From the human T2T-CHM13v2.0 reference genome, Homo sapiens: a DNA stretch of 64,000 nt. Of this stretch, positions 1-12,519 are shown in pieces. Both the position numbers and the translations under genes were made by a program. The notes beneath the pieces were generated by a model that saw nothing but the letters and a program-made list of their open reading frames with translations, did not search any database and was not told the origin of the DNA. Position 1 is the first letter of the stretch. The number at the start of each line of letters is the position of its first letter. The stretch is taken from assembly GCF_009914755.1 (NCBI RefSeq), contig NC_060929.1; one strand, given 5' to 3'.

Positions 1-485
1 TACTTTATGTTTTCCTTCTTATACAAATAAATCAGTTTATGCATTTATTTTCCACCAAAGTTTGTTATTTGGTTTTGCAGAGTTGAGTAACACAGAGGAA
101 TGCATGGTGTAGCACATGAAATCAAGATCTCTTAGAGCAATATTATGAAATCTGTTTTAGGGCCTGTAGTGCTCCCCAAGGCCATAGATTCTTGTGTTCG
201 ATCATTTCCTTGAATTGTTTTCAATTTGTTTGAATGAAGTGTTCAAATTTGTACTTATTATCAATAACTTATTTAGATATTTGAGTGTGATGTGTTATAA
301 AATTATTTTTTGGTTGCTGTTTATTTTTTGGTTTGAAGGGAGACAGTTTGTGTAATCCTTATCTGTGTTAAATTTGCTGTGAAAGAATAAATCAGAGGGA
401 ATTATTTAATTATCAGGTTTTTAATTTGTATTTTTAGTGCACTATTTTAACGTCTGTATGAATCTCCTTTGTCCTCTTTTCATAG

Positions 486-531
486 GTCTGCCCATGAAGT
501 GGGCTGGCATCATTCTCCAGGGATTCATCAG
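486..531 (+). other. Candidate internal exon E1 (46 nt)
   Basis: Pyrimidine tract ctcctttgtcctcttttcatAG, then exon, then CAG|gtacca (moderate donor). Open in two frames (SAHEVGWHHSPGIHQ or LPMKWAGIILQGFIR). Confidence 0.45.
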
Positions 532-1534
532 GTACCACAAACACATATGTATCACCTGTAAAAACATTTATTGGTGCAAGCAAAACCTTCCAGCAATCTC
601 AAACAGATCTTTAAGGGCTGCTTTTTTTTGTTTTTTTTGTTTTTTTTTTTTTTTAAACTTTAAGGGTTTTAAGTACCTGTTCCTGATGTGGAATATCTTG
701 TTGCATCTTCTCTGAAGCTAGATAGAGGCTGAATCTCGACTCCAGGAGCTCACTGACTGTTTAGGGAGTTCACTGTCATAGAGGCAACACTTGAGAAATA
801 GTTACGTCTTCCCACGTGAGCTATGCTGCTTTGGCAGTGTATGGATTATGTATGGAGGGTACTACTCCAACTAAACTATTGAATTCTATTATCACCTTTG
901 CTATAAAGCCATATTTTATGGTGGAGGCAGTCAATAGCCATAACCACCACTTGATACTACCTCTTCTGTAGGCTGTTCTATCAGCCAATGGTATTACTTT
1001 ATACATATCATGAGATTTTGTTCAGTGTGTGCAAGCTGTGGTAAGACAACTTTAGTGATGCATTAACCAAAGGTAAGACATTTCAGTGAAACAAGGATTG
1101 ATACCCATGGCCAAAGTTTGTGTGACTATGGGGAATGTGTTGCCTACAGGAGGTTTTCGTGCTTCAGGTTGGAATTGGAGTCAGTGAATGAGAGTAGAAG
1201 AAAATGAGAATAAGACATGGAGGATAAGTTATCAATCTACCAATGTTAAAGTCTAAAAGCCTGATAACTTAAAAGTCTTAGTCTGATATCAGAAAGGTTT
1301 ATATCTATGTGTTTCTGTAAAACTTGAACAGAAGTTTGGGGGTAGATATTTATTAGGGAACGATTTTTACATTGGATCAAAACATGTAAGATAGGTAACA
1401 GTAATTTCTTCTGCTTCAATGACTGTAATAACAAGACATATTAGCCAGAAAAAAAATAGAATGTATTAAAAAAATAGAGTTGAGTGATATTTATGAAAAA
1501 ATGTATCTTGGATTAAGGAGTATGTCTATGAAGG

Positions 1535-2172
1535 TGGTGGGGCTCAGAACATGATACCCCAAAGTACGTTGTCTTGGCATGCTGAGTACTTTGAACTAAA
1601 GGAGATTAGAAGGCCTCAGAAGCAAGTTCTCTTGGCCTTCTCCTGCCTTCTTGTCTCCTGTCTCTCTTTTCCATCAGAAGAGAGTCATGGAAACCAGAAT
1701 TCCTCTTCCCCTAGGGGGATCATAGAAATTAGAAGTCTTTTTCCCCAAAGCAATCCATAAAACCTAGAAAGGTCACTTCCTCCCTTCTTTCTTCTCCCTT
1801 GAAGATCCTTGTTCCAGAGGGACCCTGCTCCATACCATATGTGGGGGGAAGGAATGCTACACAGAGAGGCCAAGAAGAACATGAATAGCCAGGCTTTGCC
1901 TGGTTCCCCCCTCAGTCTATTACCATTCGATTATTTCCTTTTGTCTAATCACATTTCTACATGACTATCCATTTGTCATTGAACCTAAGCATAACAAAGG
2001 GCAGTTTTTCTTTGGGTCTTTGGGTCTTTCCTTTCTGAAGGCTCCCATGTCATGTAAAACTTTGAATAAATACATTTGTTACAGTCTTCTCTTATTAATC
2101 TTTTGTCATAGGAGTATCAGTTGTGACCCTTATGATGGGTGATGAAAGGTATCACACCTTTCCACTTCTAAA
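1535..2172 (+). mobile_element. Solo ERV1-class LTR (MER39/MER34-like)
   Basis: Starts TGGTGGGGCTCAGAACATGATACCCCAAA, resembling MER39/MER34-group LTR starts. Internal AATAAA near 2065. 4-bp TSD AAGG at 1531-1534 and 2173-2176. Confidence 0.75.
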
Positions 2173-2502
2173 AAGGTAACTGCTATTTCTGCCCATAAGA
2201 GTTTGTTTAGGCTAACTTAAGGCCAGAAGAATTTCTGAGATATGGTTAACTAAATGAAACATAAATATGATACATATATTTTCATCATTTCTATGAAAAT
2301 ATATAGTGCTAACTTTTTTCATTGAAATTGTTCAATACCCTAGTTACATTTACTTATGATTATCATTGTGTAAGAATCATAAGTAAAAAAGGAGATTACT
2401 TAACTAATATAAAATTTATGAAAAAGGACTTTATTCCTAGTTTAAGGAAAATAATTTTTTTTTTCATTTTTGTGTCCAAGAGCTTTTAAGAGTGTTCATG
2501 AA

Positions 2503-2610
2503 GTAGGAATTGTAATGCCTACTTGACTGGCTGGCTGTGAATAAGATATGTGATGATATGTGAAAACTACCACCAATATGCCTAGAAAATTTAGGTGATC
2601 AATAAATACT
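2503..2610 (+). mobile_element. MIR fragment (3' part)
   Basis: Degenerate match to the MIR 3' half, ending ...taggtgatcaataaatac. Confidence 0.45.
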
Positions 2611-2829
2611 TATTTCTCCACCTCATCTCCACTATGTCCCCTTCCTTCCACCTTACTTTTCTAATCTGCCTCTTATTTGGACCATTTGAGGTTAGTATTT
2701 TACAAGACATATTACTTGGTGATTTTCAAATATCCTTATTGTCTACCTTTAATTGCTTAAAGTGTTTCATCTTAAGCAAGCTATACATTTGACTATTTTA
2801 CATAAATAAATATTGTTTTTTAAGTCCTG

Positions 2830-3160
2830 TATTCCAAATGCCCCTGGGTCATTTGAACTATACCAGATCACACATAGTTCTCCAAATACGACATAAACTT
2901 TGACGATGTGCTTCTGATCATTCTGCTTATATTTCCTGGTATGTCATTAATTGCTCTATTGCTTTGGTATTCAAAGTATTTGAAAATATCTTATTTTTGA
3001 CATTTATAGTACATTCAAATAACTTTTACTCTCTGATAAATAATGACCTTTTTCAGAACAGGGATCATGTTACTTTCAACTTTGTATCTTGGGTGCATAA
3101 CACAGAACCTGGTCTTTATTAGGAATGCAATAATGGATTGTTGAGTAAATGAGTAAATTA
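2830..3160 (+). mobile_element. L2 3' end fragment
   Basis: cagggatcatgt...acacagaacctgg...ttgttgagtaaatgagtaaat resembles the L2 3' terminus. Confidence 0.55.
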
Positions 3161-3352
3161 GACCACCAACTATTAACCAAATATAGAAATCAATGAGAGC
3201 TGTGAAGCCATGCACCAACAAAGTAGGTTTAAACCTTTGATTAATGTCCTGATGTATGAAGGATGGGATTTAGATACTCAACATACAGCAAAAGTGTACC
3301 CAAGATGGTGTGGTACTATCCCCAACTCCTCTCTTTTACCCCTTCTAATCAG

Positions 3353-3371
3353 GAATCATACCACAATGCAG
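3353..3371 (+). other. Candidate microexon E2 (19 nt)
   Basis: Long pyrimidine tract ctcctctcttttaccccttctaatcAG, exon GAATCATACCACAATGCAG, consensus donor CAG|gtgagt. Confidence 0.55.
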
Positions 3372-4100
3372 GTGAGTAAGAGTTATGATCTTTAGAAATA
3401 AACCATGAATATGTATTTTAAAAAATAAGAAAATCATTTCTAAATTTTTTGTAATTCCTTCAGAGGTATGCTTCTAAAAGGAAATGATTATGAAGGAAAT
3501 TGTCTCTATAATGGTTAAATGCACTACTGTTTTTTACATGAGGAAATATTTTTGTTTAAGCACAAGACAGAGTGGCATTACATTTCCTGGAATTTATTAT
3601 TAGTCAATAATAAACTGACTTTGCCAGTAATGTTATCTTTCATTCTTGGAAATTCACAATGAATGTTGAATGTTGAAGTATCTGAAAAGTCTTGCAGTTG
3701 AGATACAGCTTGGTAGGGATCTGAAAAGCATATGTATTAGCTACATACCAATTATAATCATTTTTTACCTAAGAAAGTCCTGAAGTTTAACTTGTCTACA
3801 CTTTCAGTTAAACCTTTGATTTTCTAATATTGATCTAGAAAATGATTTACTAGAAGATTCTCAATTATAGAGGAGTCCAGCTTTCACCCAGAGGAGGAGA
3901 ATGTAGAAGCTGGCTCCATATTAGGAAAGCATTTTATTAGTTTGAGATAATTTTAGTGCCCAGGTATATACTTCCATAGTATATTTTGTCTATACATGCA
4001 TTACATTTATTTACTGTCCTAACAGAGGAGAGTTGAGCAGAATATATGACTTAATAGTACTTATCATCTATCTTATAGTACTAAGTTTAATTCCTTTTTA

Positions 4101-4460
4101 TAGTGTTAGGATTGATTAAGTTACATTAAGCTATCAAACAAGTCCAAAATCTCAGTGGCCTAAAACAATAAAGATCTATTTTTGGACCATGCTACATATC
4201 TGTTCTGGTAAACTAGGGATTTTCTTCCACTTTGACTTCACCAAATGATTGAGGCTGATGAAGAAGCCACAGTTTGGAAACTATCATTTTGACAATTCCA
4301 TGTTTCTGCTTGGAAGTGACATAGATCACTCTCACACTTGTTTCTTTGCTAAAGTAAGTCACACACACATATGACATCAAGGGAACAGGGAAACACACAT
4401 TTCTCTTTTACTCAGAAGTTAAGAAGAACCTAATATTACCTAACAGTAGTAATGCTACCA
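4101..4460 (-). mobile_element. Old MaLR LTR (MLT1J/K/L-like)
   Basis: aaacaagtccaaaatctcagtggcctaaaacaataaagatctattt is a typical MLT1 terminal segment in reverse orientation. Confidence 0.6.
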
Positions 4461-5494
4461 TATTAGTCCATATTTATGAGACTATATGCCAAATTAGAAA
4501 ATAATTACTTAAAATAAAATAATAGATTTATTTAAAAACAAAACAAACAAAAAAACATGAGAAGACCAAAGACTGCACCTAGCCTATGCTGTGGTTGTTT
4601 GGAAGAATGACATTAAAATCCCAGAATGACAGCAGTAACCATTATATTACACATCACTTAGAAGATTTTACAACAAAAATCTAGTATCACAGCATAGCAA
4701 ATATTCCTATAAACTTTCTCTCCACAGATAAGGCATTCTGATTGCTTTGCATTTCCCCATAAAATCTATTTTTCAAACTTTGCACTGAGAAACACTTGTT
4801 ATTTTGCAAAAGCCTTTACAAAACCTTCAACTTACAATTCCTTAATTGATGGGATAGATATAGCGGAGAGTCACATGTAGTCCACAGAATCATTTAAATT
4901 TTCTGCCTTAAACATATTGCAAGGGTGATAACATTTTACAGGTTCTCATTAACTGTCTTGATAGTGTTATAAATTGATGTTTGGCAAAGAGCAGTTTCTA
5001 ATATACACGAATAATTTGAGAAGGATAGTGGAGATGGTATACTTATATCGCTGTACATATATAACTCATGAAAAGGAAAGATAAGGCCCAAAGAATGCCT
5101 GATTTAGTTTGGTGATGCAAGGTAAATCCACTAAGATTTGGTTTACTAAGAGCATGGAAAGTATTCTAATATACAAAGAGGTTTGTTCTTTTGTTGAAGT
5201 TTTGAACTTTTAGAGACAGAATCCTTGGTGTTAATTTAGACAAGCTGCACATCCCAAACCTGCACTAGGACCTTGGTTAGCTGCATATTCTGGGGGAAGA
5301 TTGCCACCTACTGGAATACCAGCAGCATTCCCTCAGGTTTTATGGTCGATGTAAATATGGCTCCTTTAAAATAACATACCTTCCCACATTTATTTCAACG
5401 CAAACTCCTAGATATGAAATTAGTGTATTCTTCCTCTGAAGTAAGCTCAATATGACCTGCTCCAACCGTCAGCTGCTAATCCTCCCTGTTCCAG

Positions 5495-5556
5495 GTATCA
5501 ATCCTACAGTTCTTTGGGGGTATGATAGACGAAGTTCTGGTTTTCTTAATTGCCAG
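5495..5556 (+). other. Candidate internal exon E3 (62 nt)
   Basis: Branch-like gctaat, then cctccctgttccAG, and donor CAG|gtaggc. Keeps both E1-E2 frames open. Confidence 0.4.
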
Positions 5557-6739
5557 GTAGGCATCAGTTGATATCCTGCCGCAATCAAACCCAGCTATTA
5601 CCTAATAGATAACCACTCTAAAAGAAAAAAAAGTAGCATGATATTTAAAAAATTTGAATGCTTGGAGCAGTTTTACTGTCTAAAAAGTGTTCACCTTTGA
5701 AATATGTTTTTGACCACATATTACAAGTTTGTGAACAAGAAAAATAATACTACAATTTAAAATGTATTCATATAAGCAGCAAAACTGTTGGTGATTCGTC
5801 TAGGCAAATGGCATACAGCCAAAATTATACTTTTCCATTCTGTTGTCACAGTGTGGACTTTTGTAACATAGCAAGGGATTTCAATGCCATCTTTTGAGTA
5901 TTGAATGAAGGGTGAATTTGAGACCACTTACAACTCCATCATCAATTTTAAAGGTAAAGTTGTTATAAATGTTATTGGGTTGATAAAACTTAATGGTTTG
6001 AGCAGATGAGCATACGGAAAGGTGAGAAGAGGATTTAAAGACAGAACAGCAGCATGAGGAAGAGTGCCAACTGGAGGAGTAGATCCATAATAAGAGAGGT
6101 GACTGATAAGAGAAAATGGGATAGGAGTAAGGGATTAAGGATAGCTATTGGAAATGAAGGTAAAAAGCTGAGATAGTGTCTATGGAGGAGGCAATGTGAT
6201 ATAGAAAGAACAAAAAAGCCAAATCAAAACTTTGGAATTGCATAGACCTGGGTCATCAGCAGGTCTGCTTCAACTGCTACAAGCTGAGAATAACAATTTC
6301 CCCATACTTTTTACTTCTATTAAGTTAGAGAGTATCTATGAAACACTGAAGCTCTTGAAATATAGAGTAAACATTTTTCATTTCAGTAAAGAGTTTAAAA
6401 GAAAAATACAAAATTAATAAAGATGAAAAGGAAGGTCAATACAAAAGAACTTCAGAAAGAAGAGCTGAGATGAAAAGAATTAAAATAGCAATAGCGATAA
6501 GAAAAATCAGATCTTGATGAGAAAATTGATGGGGTAATAAAAACAGTAATTGTTCAACACGATGCCCATATTATCAAAAGAAAGTAAAATATGCAGGCAG
6601 ACAACATTTGCATTGGCCAAACCACACCAAATAAACAATTTAGCTATTCGCATGACTTTCTATCCACGTGAAAGAAATTTCCATTTATCAGCTGTAAATT
6701 TTTAACTCACTTCTCTTTGAGCTACACTTTCACTTTTCA

Positions 6740-7380
6740 ACAACTTTCTGGACGTTTTGGTTTAAATGCCTCACCAAAATCTTCAACTCCAAATGTCAAT
6801 AATGAAATTTTGTTGTCTTCATTATTAAATTTGACCCTCTCTCCCTGATTCTTTTACTTGATAATTAGCATCACAATTCTCCCAGGACAGTGGCCACTTA
6901 ATTTAGTACTTCTACTTTTCCTCTTTCTCTCTCTTCACCTTTCCCATGTGGAAAACCACATACCATATTTATGGTAGTGATAATGATGAAAACTAGAATA
7001 TATATATTATTTTAGAATTTATCCAACATTATTTAAACTTTTTCTAAAGATTCTTCTGCTGAATCTATCTCTCTATATCTGTTTGATTTTTTTCCCTTAA
7101 ATTATATGCTTCTTAACATGTCAAGACCTTCCATGATCTTATACAACTTGGTTTTTAGATTAATTTTCTTTATATCTTCCCAATATCCTGTTCCAACCTG
7201 TTTTTTCTCCAAGATAACTGGTTTTGTCTTTCTCCCTGGGTATTGAAAGCCCATTCATATTTCAAGACCCTGATTTGATGCTATTTTCTCTATGATCATT
7301 TCCCAGTAGCAGGCCAGCCACCCAGAAGTTGCCAGATGCCAGTTTCTTCTACCACTCAGAACATTACTAGAATTAACTGG
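6740..7380 (+). mobile_element. Degraded L2 fragments
   Basis: Pyrimidine-rich L2-like segments (cttcaactccaaatgtc, catcacaattctcccagg, ttcaagaccctg). Confidence 0.35.
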
Positions 7381-7687
7381 AGTTGTTTCTGACCAAATGG
7401 ATACATATACACACACATATATGTTCTCAATTACTCATAGTGATTTAAATTTAATGTTATTAAGAAATTCATTACATTGCTACTTTGAGGCCAAATAATA
7501 CATAGTGTAACCCTGCTTATTTGAAATTAGTGATCTATTTTATAATCAAAATGTTAAGTCTTCCCAAGTTAGTTATCTGTTTAGAGCAGGAATTTAAAAA
7601 AAAAGAAAAAAGAAAAGAAATAAAGAGGTAATAGGGACCACATAGAATTGGTTAATTGTTTTTTTTTTTTTTTTTAATTTCTTTCAG

Positions 7688-7722
7688 AACAGTGACTCTT
7701 CATTGGCCAGTGGAAGAAATTA
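7688..7722 (+). other. Candidate microexon E4 (35 nt)
   Basis: Poly-T tract followed by ctttcAG. Donor TTA|gtaagt. Confidence 0.5.
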
Positions 7723-8399
7723 GTAAGTGAATTTATTTCTGTACATAATATGTATGAATAGAAAAAACACTTTCTGTCGGTATCCACTAAGTAAATACTG
7801 AACAAATAATTAATATGTTTTGAAAGACCTTGACTGTATTAGGCTTTGTAATGTTTAGAGTCCTCTTAGTTTATGTTTCTTATATTTACTGTTTTTTTTT
7901 TTTTAAGAGTTTAGCATAGGTTTGCCTTTTCCCCTAAGTCTTAGGAAGGCAGATTTTCTGTCTTAGACAACACTGTGGTAGAACAAAAATATGAACAATT
8001 GAGACATGGAAGTCAAGAACAATACTCTCCATGTTAGTTTCTGGGCGCACAGCCTAGTAAAAATTGGCATTTTGTCTTATGGTTATCATTGGTGATATAG
8101 ATGAAATGAGTTATGAAGACTTAACAATTAACCTGAATTTTAGGTTATTACACTATCACTAATGACATAAAATACTCAGGACTTCATACACACACACAAA
8201 CACACAACAAATCAGACTTAAAGGTAGAAACAAACTCAGTCTATTTACTCAGTAAAGACTATTGTGTTCATAAATGCAAGTGTTAAAAAACGAATATACC
8301 CTCAAAGCAGCTGTATGAGTTTTTTAGTATTTTTTTCTGAATTTTAGATTTATAAAAACCATGTCTCAGCTGCTACCTTTCAACAATTTTACTCTGAGG

Positions 8400-8720
8400 C
8401 AATAAATAATTCAATGTGCTAATTTGACAGATGACTCTCCAGGAGCCTCCTACCATTACTAGCATCATTAGGCCATAATATGCATGACGAGGATGGGCCA
8501 TTCAGCAAATGTCCTTCACTTGTTTACCCCTAAAGAGCTGTGCTCTGCACAATTAACTAATGAAGCATTATGGGCCTTTTTTTTTTCTTCCCTGCTATTT
8601 CAATATATCAGTGCAAAGAGTCGAGGGAAAATACAGTCTGTTTCCTTTGGCTAGATCAGTATTTATGGGATGGTTAAGACTGCACTGTAGCTCCCAGATG
8701 AATAAGGTGAAAATAATAAG
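8400..8720. promoter_or_regulatory. Candidate enhancer-like non-repeat element
   Basis: TGACAG (8425), TGTTTAC (8521), several TAAT cores and TTTATGG (8662) in unique sequence. Motif evidence only. Confidence 0.25.
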
Positions 8721-9444
8721 ATGGTCAAAATAGATCATTGCCATCATTATTATTATTTCCTTTTCCTTCCATGATTTGTGAAAAAAATGTTAAAGGAATT
8801 TGGTGTTGAAATGCAAGAACGAGATAAAAAATACCCAAAACAGTGCTCAAATTTTCTGCTTAACATTTGCTGATTATCAAGAATTTGTACACTGTCCTCA
8901 TCAAGTTAGGTAATTTTATGTTCACCTAAAACCTTGACCACATGTTAATTTTCTCAGATTTCTATTCAAGTTTAAAATTAAATTCCAGTTAAAAAATATT
9001 GAAATAAGAGTGTGAATATGGGCTTTGGTGCATATGAATCTCCTCTTACCATCCAATTCAACAAGGCATGTGCCTACAAAGGTTCAAATGAAGTCACTAA
9101 GTCCACGTCTAAACAGTTTCATCCTGCAAAATTGGGTTAAACAAAGAAACCTCATCTGACTAGACTGCTGTTACTGTTTCAATGAATTATTTGATTGCCA
9201 AGACATTTTGTTGCTCAGAAAAAGTGGCTTAAGGTAGAAGTGAGTTTAGGGACCTCTTTGTTGCATTTAGAGTGTATTATAGGTTCTTAGTTTAAAAATT
9301 ATGACATCCTTTACCATTCCTAGTATTGTTTTGTGCTTTAGAGTGAAAAAAATGAACTCTGCTCGAATCATGTCAATTGACATAATAATTGATAGGTCCT
9401 AGGAAAAGAACAGTTACATTCTTCTCTTTCCAACCTTCATCCAG

Positions 9445-9476
9445 ACCCACAATGATGTTGATGCTATTTCTAAGAG
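9445..9476 (+). other. Candidate microexon E5 (32 nt)
   Basis: cttctctttccaaccttcatccAG acceptor and strong donor GAG|gtaaga. Open in phase 0 (THNDVDAISK). Confidence 0.45.
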
Positions 9477-12154
9477 GTAAGAGTCACAACTATTCTTCTT
9501 AGATGTAAAACTATTTTATCCAGTTGAAAATATAGTTTCAATGATAATTATTATAATGCTTCTTTTTCCCCAAAGAAACTAATAATACATCATAACAATC
9601 ATTGTGATATTAATAATAATTAGATAGCTATAATTTATTAAGTGCCAGTTTAGTCTGAGCCCTTTGTTACATGCATGAGAAACATGAAAAAATGGTGTGA
9701 AGGGCTCGTTGGTTCTTTTACGAACTTTGAGGTTAGAAAAATTTTCACATTAAAACAGGAAGAGAACCATTATATTTTAAGAGTTCTGTAGACAAATTCT
9801 GGTATATTATCAATCTCCTGTCACCTTTATGGGAATGCTCAAAATCACTACTACTATATACTTCCTCATACTATTCCACTTGAAAAATCAATCTATTCAT
9901 TTCTTCTTTCAGTAAAATCAATTTTAAACATGCTAACCCAGTAATAAGCAAATTTAGTGGAAAAATAATTTAAACCCTTTATAAATATAAATGTTCCCAG
10001 TGGTCTTACTATAACCTGGTAAATTACAGAATCAGTGAAAATCTGATATTTCTGATATTTTGTATTTAAAAAATTGAGTGCCATTAATGTTTTTTAAATA
10101 TTTGTTTTTCAATCCACATATAAAAGTGGAATAAAATTACTAGAGCATGTAAAATGTATTTTTTCAAAATGTACTTACAAATGGAAAAGACTACTTGAAT
10201 GCCAAGGAAAGCAGTAGTTTCTTTGCTTTTATATTGGAGAGAAGGTCATGCATCATCTCTGTAGAACATCCTATCCATAAAAATCTGAGGAACATTTGTA
10301 AGGAGTGGGAACACTTCCAAAAAATTATGCTGGAGGAATTTCACAAGACTGAATGTATTTAATGCAAAATTTCTTTAGAAAACATAAAAATCACCTTTTT
10401 ATACCCATTCTTTTCTTTTCCTTACTTTCCATGCCCATCCTTTCCATATGAAACCTTCCATATGGTTTGCTTAAATTCTTCAAATGTAATGAAAAATTAT
10501 TATCATAAAGGTCCAATACATACTTCAAATTACTATTGCTATTTGAACTATGTATTGGACCTTTTAGTCTGGTATTTGTAACTCAGACATTTTATAAAGC
10601 AGAAAAGAGACCAAAATATGGAATACTTTGTAGGATAATTAAATGCTTTGTAAATACAGAATAGGCAAACTTCATTTTAAATATTTGATCATTTTATCCA
10701 AAAGAGCTATCTAGCAAAAATAATATGGGTCAGAATGTTATATAATTAATATAATTACATCAACAATTTTAGGATTTTGGCATTTAAAATGTGCCAAGTA
10801 TCACTAACAAGCACTGAAAATTACTTACAAATACTGCATATTAAAGTTTATTTAAAAATACAGTTTCCATAACACAAAAGCTATAAATCAGTACTCAATG
10901 AGCTTCAAAAATTACAAGTACTAAAACAAATGTATATAATTTCCATATACATTTATCTATAATCAACATTTAACCAAAATTATCTCAAATTTTATATTAC
11001 TTCTAATGAAATGTGTTCCTGCTTTGTGTAAGAAAAAATTAATATCTACATGTTGTATTTTTCTAGAGCTTTGCTCATTCTTATGTAGTAATTTCTTTAT
11101 TTAGTGTGATTTTGCTAAAAATTCAATAATGTACCATTAAAAAAATAATACTTATACTAAATACATCCAAGAGAGGCACTCTCCCATACATATGCCACTT
11201 AACTGCAGGCTCACAGTTCATCGGAGACATTTCTGTTTATTTTGATATCTTTTGTTAAAGAAATCCACAGTAACAATGATGACCAGACAAAGAGAGGGAA
11301 AAAAAAAGCCATTCATCCATTCATGGGTAATTGAATTCCCTCATATTTCATAAACAGACTGCCTATCTGTAGGGTTGTGTTTTATTTCAATAACTTTCTT
11401 TAAAATGCTTTTCCTTATAAGATGGGGAATTACAATAATGTTTAAGAACTCAAGGTCAAAACAGTTTTTAAGTTAGTTTACTTGATGGATGCATTGCTGT
11501 GAGAGGAGGCACCCCCTCCCTTTCCCCTCCCCTCTCTCCTACAAATTGCCTTTAGACTGGATGTTTATTGCCCAATGTAAAGAACAAAACAGGGAAGTAA
11601 TTAAACCTAGAATTGCCTGCTGGTGCTTATGACATTCAGGCCATGGGCCTGAGCCTAAGAGTCCACCCAAATCTGCAAAGAAGGAACCTTGGTTCTGAAA
11701 CAAAGCCAAGCAGCAAGACATCATTACTGTTAATTACCTGATAAACAAAAAGGACTTGGTGTCGTGGCAAAACACCAAACTCAGTGTGGCAGCTGATGCT
11801 GTAAAAGACAGTTGGCCTTACTTTGTCCTGTTGAGCATTGTACTGTGAGATGATCCACCTCCATAAAGAGCTCAAGTAATTATACTCCAACAACTGTGTT
11901 TATACGCTCTGTACTCACTATTGTGCTCTACTAACAACAAACAACCTGTCCTCTGGAAACAGGTGGCATCTGCTAAACATCAAATAGAAAAGAAAAAGAC
12001 ATGCTCTCAAATGGTAATTTATTAATTGATAAGCCAGAGGACAAAGTACATGAAAGCAGGTGAAAAATATGGAAGTACATTGTTTAGGTCCCTTATTAAA
12101 TAAATATGAATTAAATAAAATATGAGATATATTTCTCAAAATAATCATTGGCTT

Positions 12155-12274
12155 TTGTGACCTACCTTGAAATATAATAGCACAAAAGAAATATTTTAAT
12201 AAGAATGTTATTTATTTGTGACCTACCTTGAAATATAATAGCACAAAAGAAATTTTAATAAGAATGTTATTTAT
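12155..12274. repeat. Tandem duplication, two copies (61 + 59 bp)
   Basis: ttgtgacctaccttgaaatataatagcacaaaagaaa(ta)ttttaataagaatgttatttat occurs twice head-to-tail. The copies differ only by a 2-bp indel. Confidence 0.95.
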
Positions 12275-12519
12275 ATATTGATATTTATATTTCATATATG
12301 ATATGTATATATGTATATATGTATTTTCATTTTGTTTTTATCTTTTTTATTCTGATTTTCATTGATTATGCATGAAAATCAACCAAAAAAAGTAGTTAAA
12401 TGGAGTGGAGTGGCAGACACGATTATGTCAAGCTCAGATGAGATTGTGTCATAGAATCCTATGTCCATACAATTGCAGGACATGGAGTTAATCAAGTGGA
12501 TTTGGGTGTCTTTGGGAGA

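Noticed and set aside
81-106. Possible exon after ttttgcAG at 80
   Set aside because: The donor gtgtag is weak, and its only open frame hits a stop when joined to E1.
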